DNA from: an archaeon | GTDB taxonomy: Archaea; Iainarchaeota; Iainarchaeia; Iainarchaeales; JANQMZ01 | Direction: 5' to 3' | Assembly: GCA_028279805.1 (NCBI GenBank) | Contig: JANQMZ010000007.1 | Location: 409,092 to 473,091, forward strand | Length of the DNA stretch: 64,000 bases | In this document: positions 9,234 to 18,063 of the stretch, piece by piece | How positions within the stretch are numbered: position 1 is the stretch's first letter | Layout: each line of letters opens with the position of its first letter | Notes under the pieces: generated by a model | Database searches by the model: none | What the model was told of the DNA's origin: nothing | The model's input: only the letters and a program-made list of their open reading frames with translations | Position numbers and translations under genes: made by a program

Positions 9234-10109
9234 ATGGATAGGGGCGTTCCTAAAAAGTTTTTGCCGGCGGCAGCTGTTTCGCTGGTTATACTTGTTTTGG
9301 TCATTTCAGGACCGGCTTTTGCTTTTACAATTGTTGACTGGTCTGCTGACCCGGGAACGACAACACGAAATAATGAAATAGAAATACTTGTAAGAATTTC
9401 ACAGGAAGTTGATGAAGTTCTTGACACTATTCAGCTTGAAATAACTGATCCGAATGGTGACAAATTTTTTGCAACTCTTGATAGCTGTGAGTCTGTTGGA
9501 TTCAGTGATGACGGTTCAGGAAATGTTACAGGACCGGGATATGGTTATGGTTATCTGGGTTACGGTTCTGCTTTTGGTTACGGTTATGGGTATGGATATG
9601 GTTATGGTTCAAGTTTTGGAACCAATGACCCGATGATTTGTAAATTTACTTATTTTGCAACAACTCTTGGAGACCATGACGGAGAATTGTTTATCAACGG
9701 AGTTCCATTCGGAACAGAGGAAGATTTGTTTGAAATAATTCCAGCCACACAAAATGGTTCCTCAGACAATCCACCTGCAGGCACAAGCCGCGGAGACCAA
9801 GGTGGTGGAGGCGGAGGTGGCGGAACACCGCCTGGAACAGATTCTGATGGAGGAGAAGAAGGTGCAGGAGGCGCACCTGAAATTGAACCGGAAGAACAGG
9901 AAGTAACACCTGAAGCAATAGCAGGAACAGGAGGACCAACTGGATTTTTCGGATTGGGAGACCTTGACTTGGGAGAATTAATGGATTCATTAACCGGATT
10001 AATTAATTTAGGCGGACTGGATTTGAGTTCAAGCGGACTGCCATGGTTCTTTTTAATACTTTTAATTCTGGGACTATTGTACAGGTATTATACTACAAGA
10101 GGAAACTAG
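9234..10109 (+). CDS. Secreted cell-surface protein with a (GY)n low-complexity repeat, a poly-Gly/acidic linker and a C-terminal TM+basic sorting-like tail.
   Basis: Signal peptide 'MDRGVPKKFLPAAAVSLVILVLVISGPAFA' starts from the internal ATG at 9234. The body carries 'GYGYGYLGYGSAFGYGYGYGYGYG', and the C terminus is 'GLPWFFLILLILGLLYRYYTTRGN'. Confidence 0.6.
   Translation: MDRGVPKKFLPAAAVSLVILVLVISGPAFAFTIVDWSADPGTTTRNNEIEILVRISQEVDEVLDTIQLEITDPNGDKFFATLDSCESVGFSDDGSGNVTGPGYGYGYLGYGSAFGYGYGYGYGYGSSFGTNDPMICKFTYFATTLGDHDGELFINGVPFGTEEDLFEIIPATQNGSSDNPPAGTSRGDQGGGGGGGGTPPGTDSDGGEEGAGGAPEIEPEEQEVTPEAIAGTGGPTGFFGLGDLDLGELMDSLTGLINLGGLDLSSSGLPWFFLILLILGLLYRYYTTRGN
9537..9610 (+). repeat. Tandem GGTTAT/GGATAT hexanucleotide repeat encoding (Gly-Tyr)n.
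   Basis: Read directly from the sequence. Confidence 0.8.
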
Positions 10110-10131
10110 TTATTTTTTAACTTTAAAATTT

Positions 10132-10473
10132 ATGATTAAAATGAAACAATTGTTAATTGGATTAATTTTTTTGCCACTGATTTTAAGTGGCTGTACTCAA
10201 ATTCAGTCAGGCCCCGGATTAGAAAAGTGCGGAATAGAACAATGCCACGGTTTTGATGTTACATGCGGTTCAGACATTCCGGAAGCTTGCACTCAGGAAT
10301 TCAGATTGGAGGATACGTGCAGGCAATTTGTTTCATGTGAAACAATTCAGGGGCAATGCACTTTAATTGAAGATGAAAAATTTGAAACTTGTAAAAATTG
10401 TGTAGAACAATGCAAAACTGATTCAGTTGATGCTTTTTCCTGTGTTAACGAATGTTTAAATAATAACAATTAA
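10132..10473 (+). CDS. Small secreted Cys-rich lipoprotein.
   Basis: Lipobox 'LILSGC'. The mature part of about 90 aa carries 14 Cys. Confidence 0.6.
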   Translation: MIKMKQLLIGLIFLPLILSGCTQIQSGPGLEKCGIEQCHGFDVTCGSDIPEACTQEFRLEDTCRQFVSCETIQGQCTLIEDEKFETCKNCVEQCKTDSVDAFSCVNECLNNNN

Positions 10474-10497
10474 ATATTTGAAAATTAATTCTTTTTC

Positions 10498-10896
10498 ATG
10501 GGCATAAAAAAGAAACAAAACCCACAAAAAAGACGATTAAACGTTCAGCCTGAAACGAGGCCTAATGATTTTATTATTGTAAGAGATTCGCAAGGAAAAG
10601 AGATTTATAAGGGAAGCGAAAAAAGAGATAATAGGAAAAAAACAGTTGAAAACCTTTCTAGAAAAGTTGATTTTGAAAGCCTTAAAGGCGGAGTTCAAGA
10701 ACATTTGAACATAATTAGAAAATATATTCGGGACATGTACTCCGAAGGAGGCGATGTGAGTCATCTTCCTCACGCAAAATTAACCGAAATTCAAGAAGGA
10801 ATTTTAGGCAGGCAGTTAACAGAAGAAAAATTATACGAATATTTTGTTTTTTTAGAAGAACTAAGAGAAGAAGAAAAAATAGCCGATGGAAGATAA
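10498..10896 (+). CDS. Hypothetical charged protein.
   Basis: ORF only. Confidence 0.3.
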   Translation: MGIKKKQNPQKRRLNVQPETRPNDFIIVRDSQGKEIYKGSEKRDNRKKTVENLSRKVDFESLKGGVQEHLNIIRKYIRDMYSEGGDVSHLPHAKLTEIQEGILGRQLTEEKLYEYFVFLEELREEEKIADGR

Positions 10897-10898
10897 CT

Positions 10899-11195
10899 TT
10901 AAATTTTTTTAATATTAGTTGGAACTTTAACCTTGTTTAATCTTCTTGTAATTTTGCTCCAGCCGGCTAAAACAAAATAACCAACAACTGTAACAATCAA
11001 TGCAACTGTTATGTCAACAAACAAAGGAGATTCAGAAAAAGCCAATGTGACATATTTGTCAATAAAAGTTCGGAAAGCCTGAGCCCAGAAAATTGCAATA
11101 GCAACAATAATTCCAAACCTTAAATTTTGAGGAACATTTTTTCCAATATCCGAAACAGGTTTTTTGTAATGCTTAATAATTTTCTTTTCAGGCAT
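10899..11195 (-). CDS. Hypothetical small membrane protein.
   Basis: Two TM helices. Confidence 0.3.
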   Translation of the reverse strand: MPEKKIIKHYKKPVSDIGKNVPQNLRFGIIVAIAIFWAQAFRTFIDKYVTLAFSESPLFVDITVALIVTVVGYFVLAGWSKITRRLNKVKVPTNIKKI

Positions 11196-11227
11196 TTAAA
11201 AAAAAAGTGTTTTTTACTATTTAATGA

Positions 11228-11542
11228 TTACATTACACCCAAAAAAGTTCTGGTAAAATGTCTTTTTGACACTTTAAAAGCCTGTTTTCCTTCACCGGTT
11301 AAACTGTAAACAATTGTTTTACCTTGTTTTTTTTCTTTAATAAAACCGGAATTTTTAAGGCTTTTTAAGGCCGGATAAATTGTTCCCGGGCTCGGCCTGG
11401 AACCTTTTCTTTTTTCCAGTTCATCAGCAAGTTCCTGGCCATGCATAGATTTTTTTGACAATAAAAATAAAATCAAAAATGACAGCATTCCGCGCATATC
11501 ACAGCAATTATGATATTTGTGATAATGACCCTTCATACACAT
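11228..11542 (-). CDS. PadR-family winged-helix transcriptional regulator.
   Basis: 'LSFLILFLLSKKSMHGQELADELEKRKGSRPSPGTIYPALKSLKNSGFI' matches the PadR signature. Confidence 0.75.
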   Translation of the reverse strand: MCMKGHYHKYHNCCDMRGMLSFLILFLLSKKSMHGQELADELEKRKGSRPSPGTIYPALKSLKNSGFIKEKKQGKTIVYSLTGEGKQAFKVSKRHFTRTFLGVM

Positions 11543-11578
11543 ATTGGATGTCCGATAGGTTTAAAAACAAAAAGGTTT

Positions 11579-11596
11579 ATATCGTATATACGATAT
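11579..11596. promoter_or_regulatory. Perfect 18-bp palindrome ATATCGTATATACGATAT, a candidate PadR operator / TATA region.
   Basis: It lies in the divergent intergenic region between the PadR gene and the small ORF at 11614. Confidence 0.5.
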
Positions 11597-11613
11597 AACG
11601 GAGGTTGATAAAA

Positions 11614-11781
11614 ATGGGTTATGGTAATTGCTCATGTCATGGTTATAGTTATCGTGGAAGTGGCAGAAGTTTTTTAACAAAAGAAGAAAAAATTGAAATG
11701 TTAAAAGACTATCAAGATTCTTTGGAAAAAGAAGCTAAAGGCATTTCTGAAAGAATTGCTGAACTGGAAAAGAATAATTAA
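11614..11781 (+). CDS. Small protein (55 aa) with a Cys/His-rich N terminus ('GYGNCSCHGYSYRG').
   Basis: GGAGGT Shine-Dalgarno sequence 8 nt upstream. Divergent from padR. Confidence 0.4.
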   Translation: MGYGNCSCHGYSYRGSGRSFLTKEEKIEMLKDYQDSLEKEAKGISERIAELEKNN

Positions 11782-11860
11782 TTCTTTTCCTTTTTTTCAC
11801 TTTTTTGTTAATCAAAAACTATTTAAATGAAAAAATCATAATCAAGCTGAGGTGAAATGA

Positions 11861-12283
11861 ATGCTTGAAACACAGGTTAGCTTGATAGGCGTGGTTGTAG
11901 CAGCAGTTGCAAGTATGATTGCAGGCTTTTTGTGGTACTCTCCTGCTTTGTTCGGAAAAAAATGGGCAAGTCTGAAAGGGTTTAAAATGAAAACCAAGGA
12001 AGACATGAAAAAAATGCAGGAAAAAGCAAAACCGGCATACATTGGTTCATTTGCAGCAGCACTGGTTACAGCATGGATTTTATCACAGTTTTTGATTTTA
12101 ACACAGGCAACAACATTAATGGCTGCAGCAACAACAGCTTTCTGGATTTGGTTTGGTTTTATTGCAACAACAATGTTTGCAATGCACTTGTTCAGCGAAC
12201 AGTCAAAAGAACTTTACCTGATTGATGTCGGACACCAGCTTGTATCACTTATTGTAATGGCAGAAGTTCTGGTTTTATTATAA
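11861..12283 (+). CDS. DUF1761-family membrane protein.
   Basis: 'AGFLWYSPALFGKKW' motif and 4 TM helices. Confidence 0.5.
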   Translation: MLETQVSLIGVVVAAVASMIAGFLWYSPALFGKKWASLKGFKMKTKEDMKKMQEKAKPAYIGSFAAALVTAWILSQFLILTQATTLMAAATTAFWIWFGFIATTMFAMHLFSEQSKELYLIDVGHQLVSLIVMAEVLVLL

Positions 12284-12348
12284 AAACCAGGATTTTTTCT
12301 TTTTTTTATAACGAAACAAATTTATACGGGTAAATGTAAATACTTGAT

Positions 12349-12942
12349 ATGCAAAAAAGACCATACCTTGTTTCTCTGGCAATAATTCTGATTTTGGCAT
12401 GGTATTATTTTATTTTCCGCGCATTCCCAATAACATTAGGATTTGTTAATGCAGTTGTTGCTTTTGCTTCAACTTTTATTATCAGCTTGTCTTTTTTGTT
12501 CGGGCCACTGGCAAAATTTGTAAAATTTTTCGGCAAATATTTGCATGACAGAAAAGATTATGGATTGATTGGATTTGGTTTGGCTGCACTGCATACTTTT
12601 TTAGCAGTTCCAAACATGTTAAGCAATAATAAGGAAATTTTGTTGGCTGATGCCGGTTCACTGGCTTTTGCCGCCATTGCATTTGCAATTTTTATTTTAA
12701 TGGCTTTAACATCCACAAATGAATGGATGCAAAGCCTTGGTTATAATAACTGGAAAAATTTGCAGAGAACAGGTTATCTGGCTTTTTTGTTTGTGGCATT
12801 TCACATTGTTTTGCTGGAAAGTGGCATATTTTTGACAAGAACAATTGGCATGATAGCATTAAGCGTTATTTTGGGAATAATTTTGTTAAGAATTATTGCT
12901 TCCATTTTTGGAATGCCTGCTCTGGAAAAAATAAAAGTTTGA
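12349..12942 (+). CDS. Ferric-reductase-like transmembrane protein (MsrQ/YedZ-like heme-binding subunit).
   Basis: 6 TM helices with conserved His residues in 'LHTFLAVPN' and 'AFHIVLLE'. Confidence 0.5.
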   Translation: MQKRPYLVSLAIILILAWYYFIFRAFPITLGFVNAVVAFASTFIISLSFLFGPLAKFVKFFGKYLHDRKDYGLIGFGLAALHTFLAVPNMLSNNKEILLADAGSLAFAAIAFAIFILMALTSTNEWMQSLGYNNWKNLQRTGYLAFLFVAFHIVLLESGIFLTRTIGMIALSVILGIILLRIIASIFGMPALEKIKV

Positions 12943-12943
12943 G

Positions 12944-13660
12944 TTATTTTTTCATTAATTCTTTTTTTTCTTTTACAGTGAAACGTTCAATTGCATAACG
13001 CAACGTAGTTCTTGGTAGTTTTAATTTGTTTTTTCTTAAAAATTTTAATACTGGAGGCTTGTTGGCTTTTGCTGCTTCACGTAAAGTCCAGCCCATTGCT
13101 TTTTGAACCAAATCATCCTCTTCTTTTAACATTCTGGAAACGGTTTTAACAACTTGATTTGAATAATCATTGTTTCTTGCAATGTTAACATATGAAACCA
13201 GGGAACATCTGCGCAGCCAGCGGTTTTTGCTTTTATGCCAGGAAAAAATTTTTGATTTTAAGGATGGAAATTCCGTTATTAAATAACCTATTGGGTTGGG
13301 GCATAAGCTGTCACAATAAGCCCAGTTTGTTATATATTTTTTTATCCATTTTTCAAACACGTTCAGGGTTTGTTTTGAATAGTCTTTTTGAAATCTGGAA
13401 ATTAGAAAAAAAGCAAAAATGCTTTGTTCAAATAAGTCGTCTTTTAACAATTCTTCACATAAAATAACAGCTTCTTTGTAAGTTAAATCCGGATGTTTTT
13501 TGTGAAATTCTTTAACCAAAAGCCTTACTTTTGGCATTCTAATTCCTAACGGGTTAACTTTTTCTTTAAAAAAATATTTAACGTTGGGAATAAATTTTTT
13601 GTTTGAATTTTTTTTAAGCAACAATTTTGCTTCTTTTTTTAATGCATTAATGTTTGCCAT
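12944..13660 (-). CDS. DNA alkylation repair enzyme (AlkC/AlkD-like HEAT-repeat glycosylase family).
   Basis: 'WAYCDSLC' and 'NRWLRRCSLVSY' motifs. Confidence 0.5.
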   Translation of the reverse strand: MANINALKKEAKLLLKKNSNKKFIPNVKYFFKEKVNPLGIRMPKVRLLVKEFHKKHPDLTYKEAVILCEELLKDDLFEQSIFAFFLISRFQKDYSKQTLNVFEKWIKKYITNWAYCDSLCPNPIGYLITEFPSLKSKIFSWHKSKNRWLRRCSLVSYVNIARNNDYSNQVVKTVSRMLKEEDDLVQKAMGWTLREAAKANKPPVLKFLRKNKLKLPRTTLRYAIERFTVKEKKELMKK

Positions 13661-13669
13661 TAGAATCAG

Positions 13670-14020
13670 CTATAACAAGTCGCCTATTTTATTTTTCTTT
13701 TTTTCAAGCTTCTTTTTTTTACTTTCAGGAATTGTTGCTTCAACAGTTTCTTCAACTTTTTGAGATTTATCCAAAACATCGTCAAGTTTTTTTTCAATAT
13801 CTTCAAGCTTTTGGTTAACCTGTTTTTCCCTGTGAAAAAAGAATAACACCCAGAACAAAAAGTTTGCAACAACCGCTTTTCCGACATCAAATGCGGATGG
13901 CAAATCAAGTTTTAACTGATCAAGCTGAATAAAAGCCAAAACCAGGACCAGATAAGCAACCAAAGCGAGAGTGCCCCGAAACAAAAGGCTTCCAATTGTC
14001 CTGAAATCAATTTCTTTCAT
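13670..14020 (-). CDS. Hypothetical membrane/coiled-coil protein.
   Basis: ORF only. Confidence 0.3.
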   Translation of the reverse strand: MKEIDFRTIGSLLFRGTLALVAYLVLVLAFIQLDQLKLDLPSAFDVGKAVVANFLFWVLFFFHREKQVNQKLEDIEKKLDDVLDKSQKVEETVEATIPESKKKKLEKKKNKIGDLL

Positions 14021-14051
14021 ATAACCAGAACAGCTTTGAAATATTTAAACT

Positions 14052-14789
14052 TTAATTTATTTCAAGAATTTGTTTAACCCTTTTTTTATCATGGTTTAAT
14101 TCGTAAAAAAATCCTTTGCCTCTTTTAACTTTTCTAAAAAATCGTTCAATTAAAGCCATATATAAATGAATTTGTTCCGGGTTTGGGTCAAGAATTATTC
14201 TCAAACCCTGCCTTATCTTTTCCCTGTGTTCAAAAAGAAATTCTGATAACAAAAATTCGGAGGGATGCATTCCGAGTTTTTCTCCGAATTTTTTGCTTTC
14301 CCTTGTTTCAGCTTCAGCAGACCATTTCCAGTAACCCGGCTGGCCGATATACTGAGTCCTTTCCCTTTGAATTGAAAAAATTCTCACAAGATTTGAAGCT
14401 ATTGGAGAATGCTGTAAAGTAACTCTTGCACGCCCGCTCCCGTCAGATAAAACAAAGTGGGGATTATTAGTCCAGCCTTGTTGTAAAGGATTTAAAACGG
14501 CAGGTTTTCTGTCCACATAATCCCAGCCATTTACTGTTTTAAAAGAAAAAGAATTTTCAACAGCTTTGCTTCTATGAGGAACAGTTGAAAATGAAACAGG
14601 TTTGGATGTTTGTCGTTTTACTTTTTTTCCGGTTTTTACAAATTTTCCCATAAAAAAATAATGCTTTAAATGTTTATAAAAATTGGTAAAATCTGGCAAA
14701 AACATTAAAAAAAGAAAAAAACAATACACTTGAATGAAAACAGAAAAAGTTGAATTTGAAAATTCAAGAGGGCAAAAAATTGTCGGCAT
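14052..14789 (-). CDS. Hypothetical protein.
   Basis: ORF with no confident family. The true start may be the internal Met46. Confidence 0.3.
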   Translation of the reverse strand: MPTIFCPLEFSNSTFSVFIQVYCFFLFLMFLPDFTNFYKHLKHYFFMGKFVKTGKKVKRQTSKPVSFSTVPHRSKAVENSFSFKTVNGWDYVDRKPAVLNPLQQGWTNNPHFVLSDGSGRARVTLQHSPIASNLVRIFSIQRERTQYIGQPGYWKWSAEAETRESKKFGEKLGMHPSEFLLSEFLFEHREKIRQGLRIILDPNPEQIHLYMALIERFFRKVKRGKGFFYELNHDKKRVKQILEIN

Positions 14790-15504
14790 TTTGGATTTGC
14801 CTCAGGAAAAAAATCCCGAAATTATTATAATTTGCCATTCTTTTACAGGTTACAAAGAATTAAAACAATTGCACGCCATAGCCAAAAAATCTGTTGAAAA
14901 AGGATTTGCAGCTTTAAGATTTGATTTTTCAGACTGCATCGGAGAATCAGGCGGAACATGTGAGGAAATGAAACTGGATAATCAGGTAAATGATGCAATA
15001 TCGGCACTGGATTTTGTTGAAACACTTGAAGGAATTAACAAAGAAAAAATCGGAATCTGCGGCCATTCACTGGGCGGGACAACAGCAATAAATGCAGCTG
15101 TTGATAATCGTGTGAAAGCATTGGTTTCAATTGCAGCTTTAGCCAAACCGGAATGGGAGCATTTGTTTGATGATGAAAAAGTAAAACAATGGAAGCAACA
15201 GGGCTGGATTGAATTTCAGTCACACAAAAAAGGCCCGGTTAAAATAAATTATTCTTTTTATGAAAATATTATCAAGCATAAGTGCGGTGAAACAATTAAA
15301 GAAATAAATTGCCCTGTTCGCGTTTTACATGGCACCAAAGATGAATTGCTGGATTTAATGAATGCCGCTTACCTGTATGACAATGCAAAGGAACCAAAAG
15401 ACATTAAATTAATTGAAAATGCGGATCATTTGTTTTTAACATCGCCTTACATGGAAAAAATGGCGGAATTAACAGTTGACTGGTTTGAAAAAAATTTAAA
15501 ATAA
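14734..15504 (+). CDS. Alpha/beta hydrolase (dienelactone hydrolase / S9-like).
   Basis: 'GHSLGG' nucleophile elbow. Confidence 0.7.
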   Translation: MKTEKVEFENSRGQKIVGILDLPQEKNPEIIIICHSFTGYKELKQLHAIAKKSVEKGFAALRFDFSDCIGESGGTCEEMKLDNQVNDAISALDFVETLEGINKEKIGICGHSLGGTTAINAAVDNRVKALVSIAALAKPEWEHLFDDEKVKQWKQQGWIEFQSHKKGPVKINYSFYENIIKHKCGETIKEINCPVRVLHGTKDELLDLMNAAYLYDNAKEPKDIKLIENADHLFLTSPYMEKMAELTVDWFEKNLK

Positions 15505-15576
15505 AAAAAAGTTAAAAAGATTTTATTCAAAGTGGCACATAAGAAAAAGTATTAAGAAAAAAAGTTTTTTTTATTT

Positions 15577-15735
15577 TTATTCTGATGCTTCTGCAGCAGG
15601 TTCTTCAGGCGAACCGGATTCATCTTCTGCAGCCGGTGCTTGTTCTTCCACAGCACTCATTGCAGCACCACAGTGTTCAGGAGCTTCTTCCGCTTCTGCT
15701 GTTGCTCCGCAACTTTCACATTTAAAAGTTGTCAT
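15577..15735 (-). CDS. Small (52 aa) rubredoxin-like zinc-ribbon protein with an acidic tail.
   Basis: 'KCESCG' and 'EHCG' knuckles. A 'TTTATATA' box and a 'GGGAGGAG' Shine-Dalgarno sequence lie upstream on the minus strand. The region is locally GC-rich. Confidence 0.5.
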   Translation of the reverse strand: MTTFKCESCGATAEAEEAPEHCGAAMSAVEEQAPAAEDESGSPEEPAAEASE

Positions 15736-16005
15736 AAAATATCTCCTCCCTAAAAGTTGATAATTTGATAAGCTGAGGGTTTTTTTATATAAAAGTGTTT
15801 TCCCAGTTCCAAAACCGGGCTATAAAAGGCTTAAGCTTGATTTAAAAAGAACCTGTTAACCTGTTTGCTTTTTGCTAACAAATTGTTTTCTAACAGGTAT
15901 AACCAAAAATGCGTTATCATAAAGCTAATAGTCTTTATCTTTTTAGAAAGTGTATTAAAAAAGCCTGACATAATTTACTGACCAAAAAAAAGGAGGAGTA
16001 AAAAA

Positions 16006-17556
16006 ATGAAAAAAATTGTAATAATACTGATTGTGATGACTTTAATGTCAGGACTTGTCTGGGCAAAAGAGGTTAATGTAAAATTTAATTTTCCTCTTGA
16101 TTTTGCAACACAGGATGTTTTTGATACTGTGACAATAAATAATGATGAAAATGCTTACACTGCATTTGTTTTGGCAGCGCAAGCAAATAACATTGAACTT
16201 TCAATAGACTATTATGATTTTGATGGTGATGGTTCATTGGAATCGGCTTTCATAAGCAAAATTGATGGCTTGGGAGCATCAGAAGACTGGAGTGAATACT
16301 GGCAGTTTTCACAAAATAATTCATCTTCTTTTGTGGGAATAAGTGCAAGTTTTCCTGATGACGGGGATACTGTTTCACTGGATTATCTGAACGGATTTGA
16401 GGAGGATGCAATTGAATGGCTTGCCGACAACCAAAAGGAAAGCGGAATTATTGGCAACAACTCTTTTCAGAATTCTTTTGCATTAATGGGATTGTCAATG
16501 GCGGGACAAAACAATGTAAGTTTAGATTCAGGCATTGTAAACGATGCAATTGACAATCTTTTAACACACCAGGAAAATGATGCAGGGTTCGGAAACGATT
16601 TGACAACAGCAACAGCGATAATGGCCTTGCTTTCAAACGGAAAAGAATTAACAGATTTTTTAAAAACAGGAAAAAACAGCATTGAAAACTTAAGAGAAAA
16701 CCAGATGGATGACGGTGGTTTTAAAAGCGGTTCAAATGAAAGCGATGTTGACACAACTTCATGGGCAATGATTTCATTTGCACAGGCAGGATACCAAATG
16801 CCTGAAAATGATGATGGCAAAAGCCCTGTTGATTATTTGCTTTCGGCACAGCATGAAAACGGTTCTTATGGTTACAATGCTTCAGATTTAAAAGAGAGCA
16901 TTGATTTTACAGAGGAAGCATTAATTGCTTTGGCTGTTGCAAACCGGTCAGCTGAAAATTCGGTTAACTGGCTTTCATCAAAACAAAACGAACAGGGATG
17001 CATAAGTGACGGGTTCAGGACTGCATTGGGAAGCATTGCTTTCAGAATGCACGGAGAAACAGATAAAGCGGATAAAGCTTTAGAATGCTTAAAAACGCTG
17101 GCAAAAGGGGATGGAAGTTTTGGAAGAACAACCAATTCTTCAAATGCCCTGGACACAGGCTTAGCTTTAATTGCTTTAAGTTCTGAAGAATTTCCTTTAA
17201 CAGTTTCAGAATCATTGGATACAGATGGAATGGCCGGCTTGAATTCAATTGTAAAATTTGTTGTTCAGATTAAAAACACGGGAAAAGTTAAAGCTGAAAA
17301 TGTCAGCATAACATTGGATGGTTTGGCTGAAAACTGGGTTTTTGATTCAGGACAAGGTTCAATTGATTTTTTTGACGAAATAAAACCGGGAGAAACAAAG
17401 ACTGCTGAAATTTTTGCCCAGATGAAAGATGTTGGAAACTTTGAAGTTAAAGCAAATGTTTCAACAAAAACACGCCTGAATGACACAAGTTCAACAAATT
17501 TTGTAGAAGTGAACGTTGAACAGGCAAAACTGGATGTTTCAATAGGATTTGAATAA
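16006..17556 (+). CDS. Secreted protein with prenyltransferase/terpenoid-cyclase-like alpha/alpha-toroid repeats and a C-terminal CARDB-like beta-sandwich.
   Basis: Signal peptide and strong SD 'AAGGAGGAG'. Repeats carry aromatic/Gly motifs ('QENDAGFG', 'QMDDGGFKSG', 'QHENGSYGY'). Confidence 0.5.
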   Translation: MKKIVIILIVMTLMSGLVWAKEVNVKFNFPLDFATQDVFDTVTINNDENAYTAFVLAAQANNIELSIDYYDFDGDGSLESAFISKIDGLGASEDWSEYWQFSQNNSSSFVGISASFPDDGDTVSLDYLNGFEEDAIEWLADNQKESGIIGNNSFQNSFALMGLSMAGQNNVSLDSGIVNDAIDNLLTHQENDAGFGNDLTTATAIMALLSNGKELTDFLKTGKNSIENLRENQMDDGGFKSGSNESDVDTTSWAMISFAQAGYQMPENDDGKSPVDYLLSAQHENGSYGYNASDLKESIDFTEEALIALAVANRSAENSVNWLSSKQNEQGCISDGFRTALGSIAFRMHGETDKADKALECLKTLAKGDGSFGRTTNSSNALDTGLALIALSSEEFPLTVSESLDTDGMAGLNSIVKFVVQIKNTGKVKAENVSITLDGLAENWVFDSGQGSIDFFDEIKPGETKTAEIFAQMKDVGNFEVKANVSTKTRLNDTSSTNFVEVNVEQAKLDVSIGFE

Positions 17557-18036
17557 ATGAACAAAAAAGAAATTAAAAGAATTGCAGTTATTCTTGCCGG
17601 CTTGGGAATAGCTGCAATTTTTCTTTTTTTTGTCAATTCTTCAGGCACAGGTTTTGTTGCATTGGCAGAAGAAAATTCTGAGGAAAAAAATTTTTTTGAA
17701 TCGGAAGAAAAACTTTCAAACAGTTTGTCTTTTCAGGTTGTAAAAAAAACAGAACTAAAAACAGAGCTTGTTCAGGGAATTTTGCAAAATTGTCCGCAGT
17801 ATTCAAATCTTGTTTTTAATGTTCAGAACATAGGCAAAAATTTGGCTGAAAGATTGTTTGTTGAATATCCTTCCAATTTAAAGGTTAAAAATTGTTTAAA
17901 CTGTTCAGTAAAAGAAATAAAACCAAAACAAATTGTTAAAATAACATTAAATGCATGCAAGTCAAATGATTCAAAAATTGGCGTAAATTTTTCATCAATT
18001 AACACGGAAAAAAACACAATAAAAATTGAAAAATAA
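17557..18036 (+). CDS. Secreted/anchored hypothetical protein (CARDB-like).
   Basis: N-terminal TM/signal. Its start abuts the previous gene. Confidence 0.35.
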   Translation: MNKKEIKRIAVILAGLGIAAIFLFFVNSSGTGFVALAEENSEEKNFFESEEKLSNSLSFQVVKKTELKTELVQGILQNCPQYSNLVFNVQNIGKNLAERLFVEYPSNLKVKNCLNCSVKEIKPKQIVKITLNACKSNDSKIGVNFSSINTEKNTIKIEK

Positions 18037-18063
18037 CGGAAATTTTATCAGGATTTGAATAAT

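Noticed and set aside
9694-9990. Minus-strand 98-aa ORF with Leu/Gln/His-rich repeats.
   Set aside because: It is the antisense of the Gly/Glu-rich linker of the GY-repeat surface protein, so a shadow ORF.
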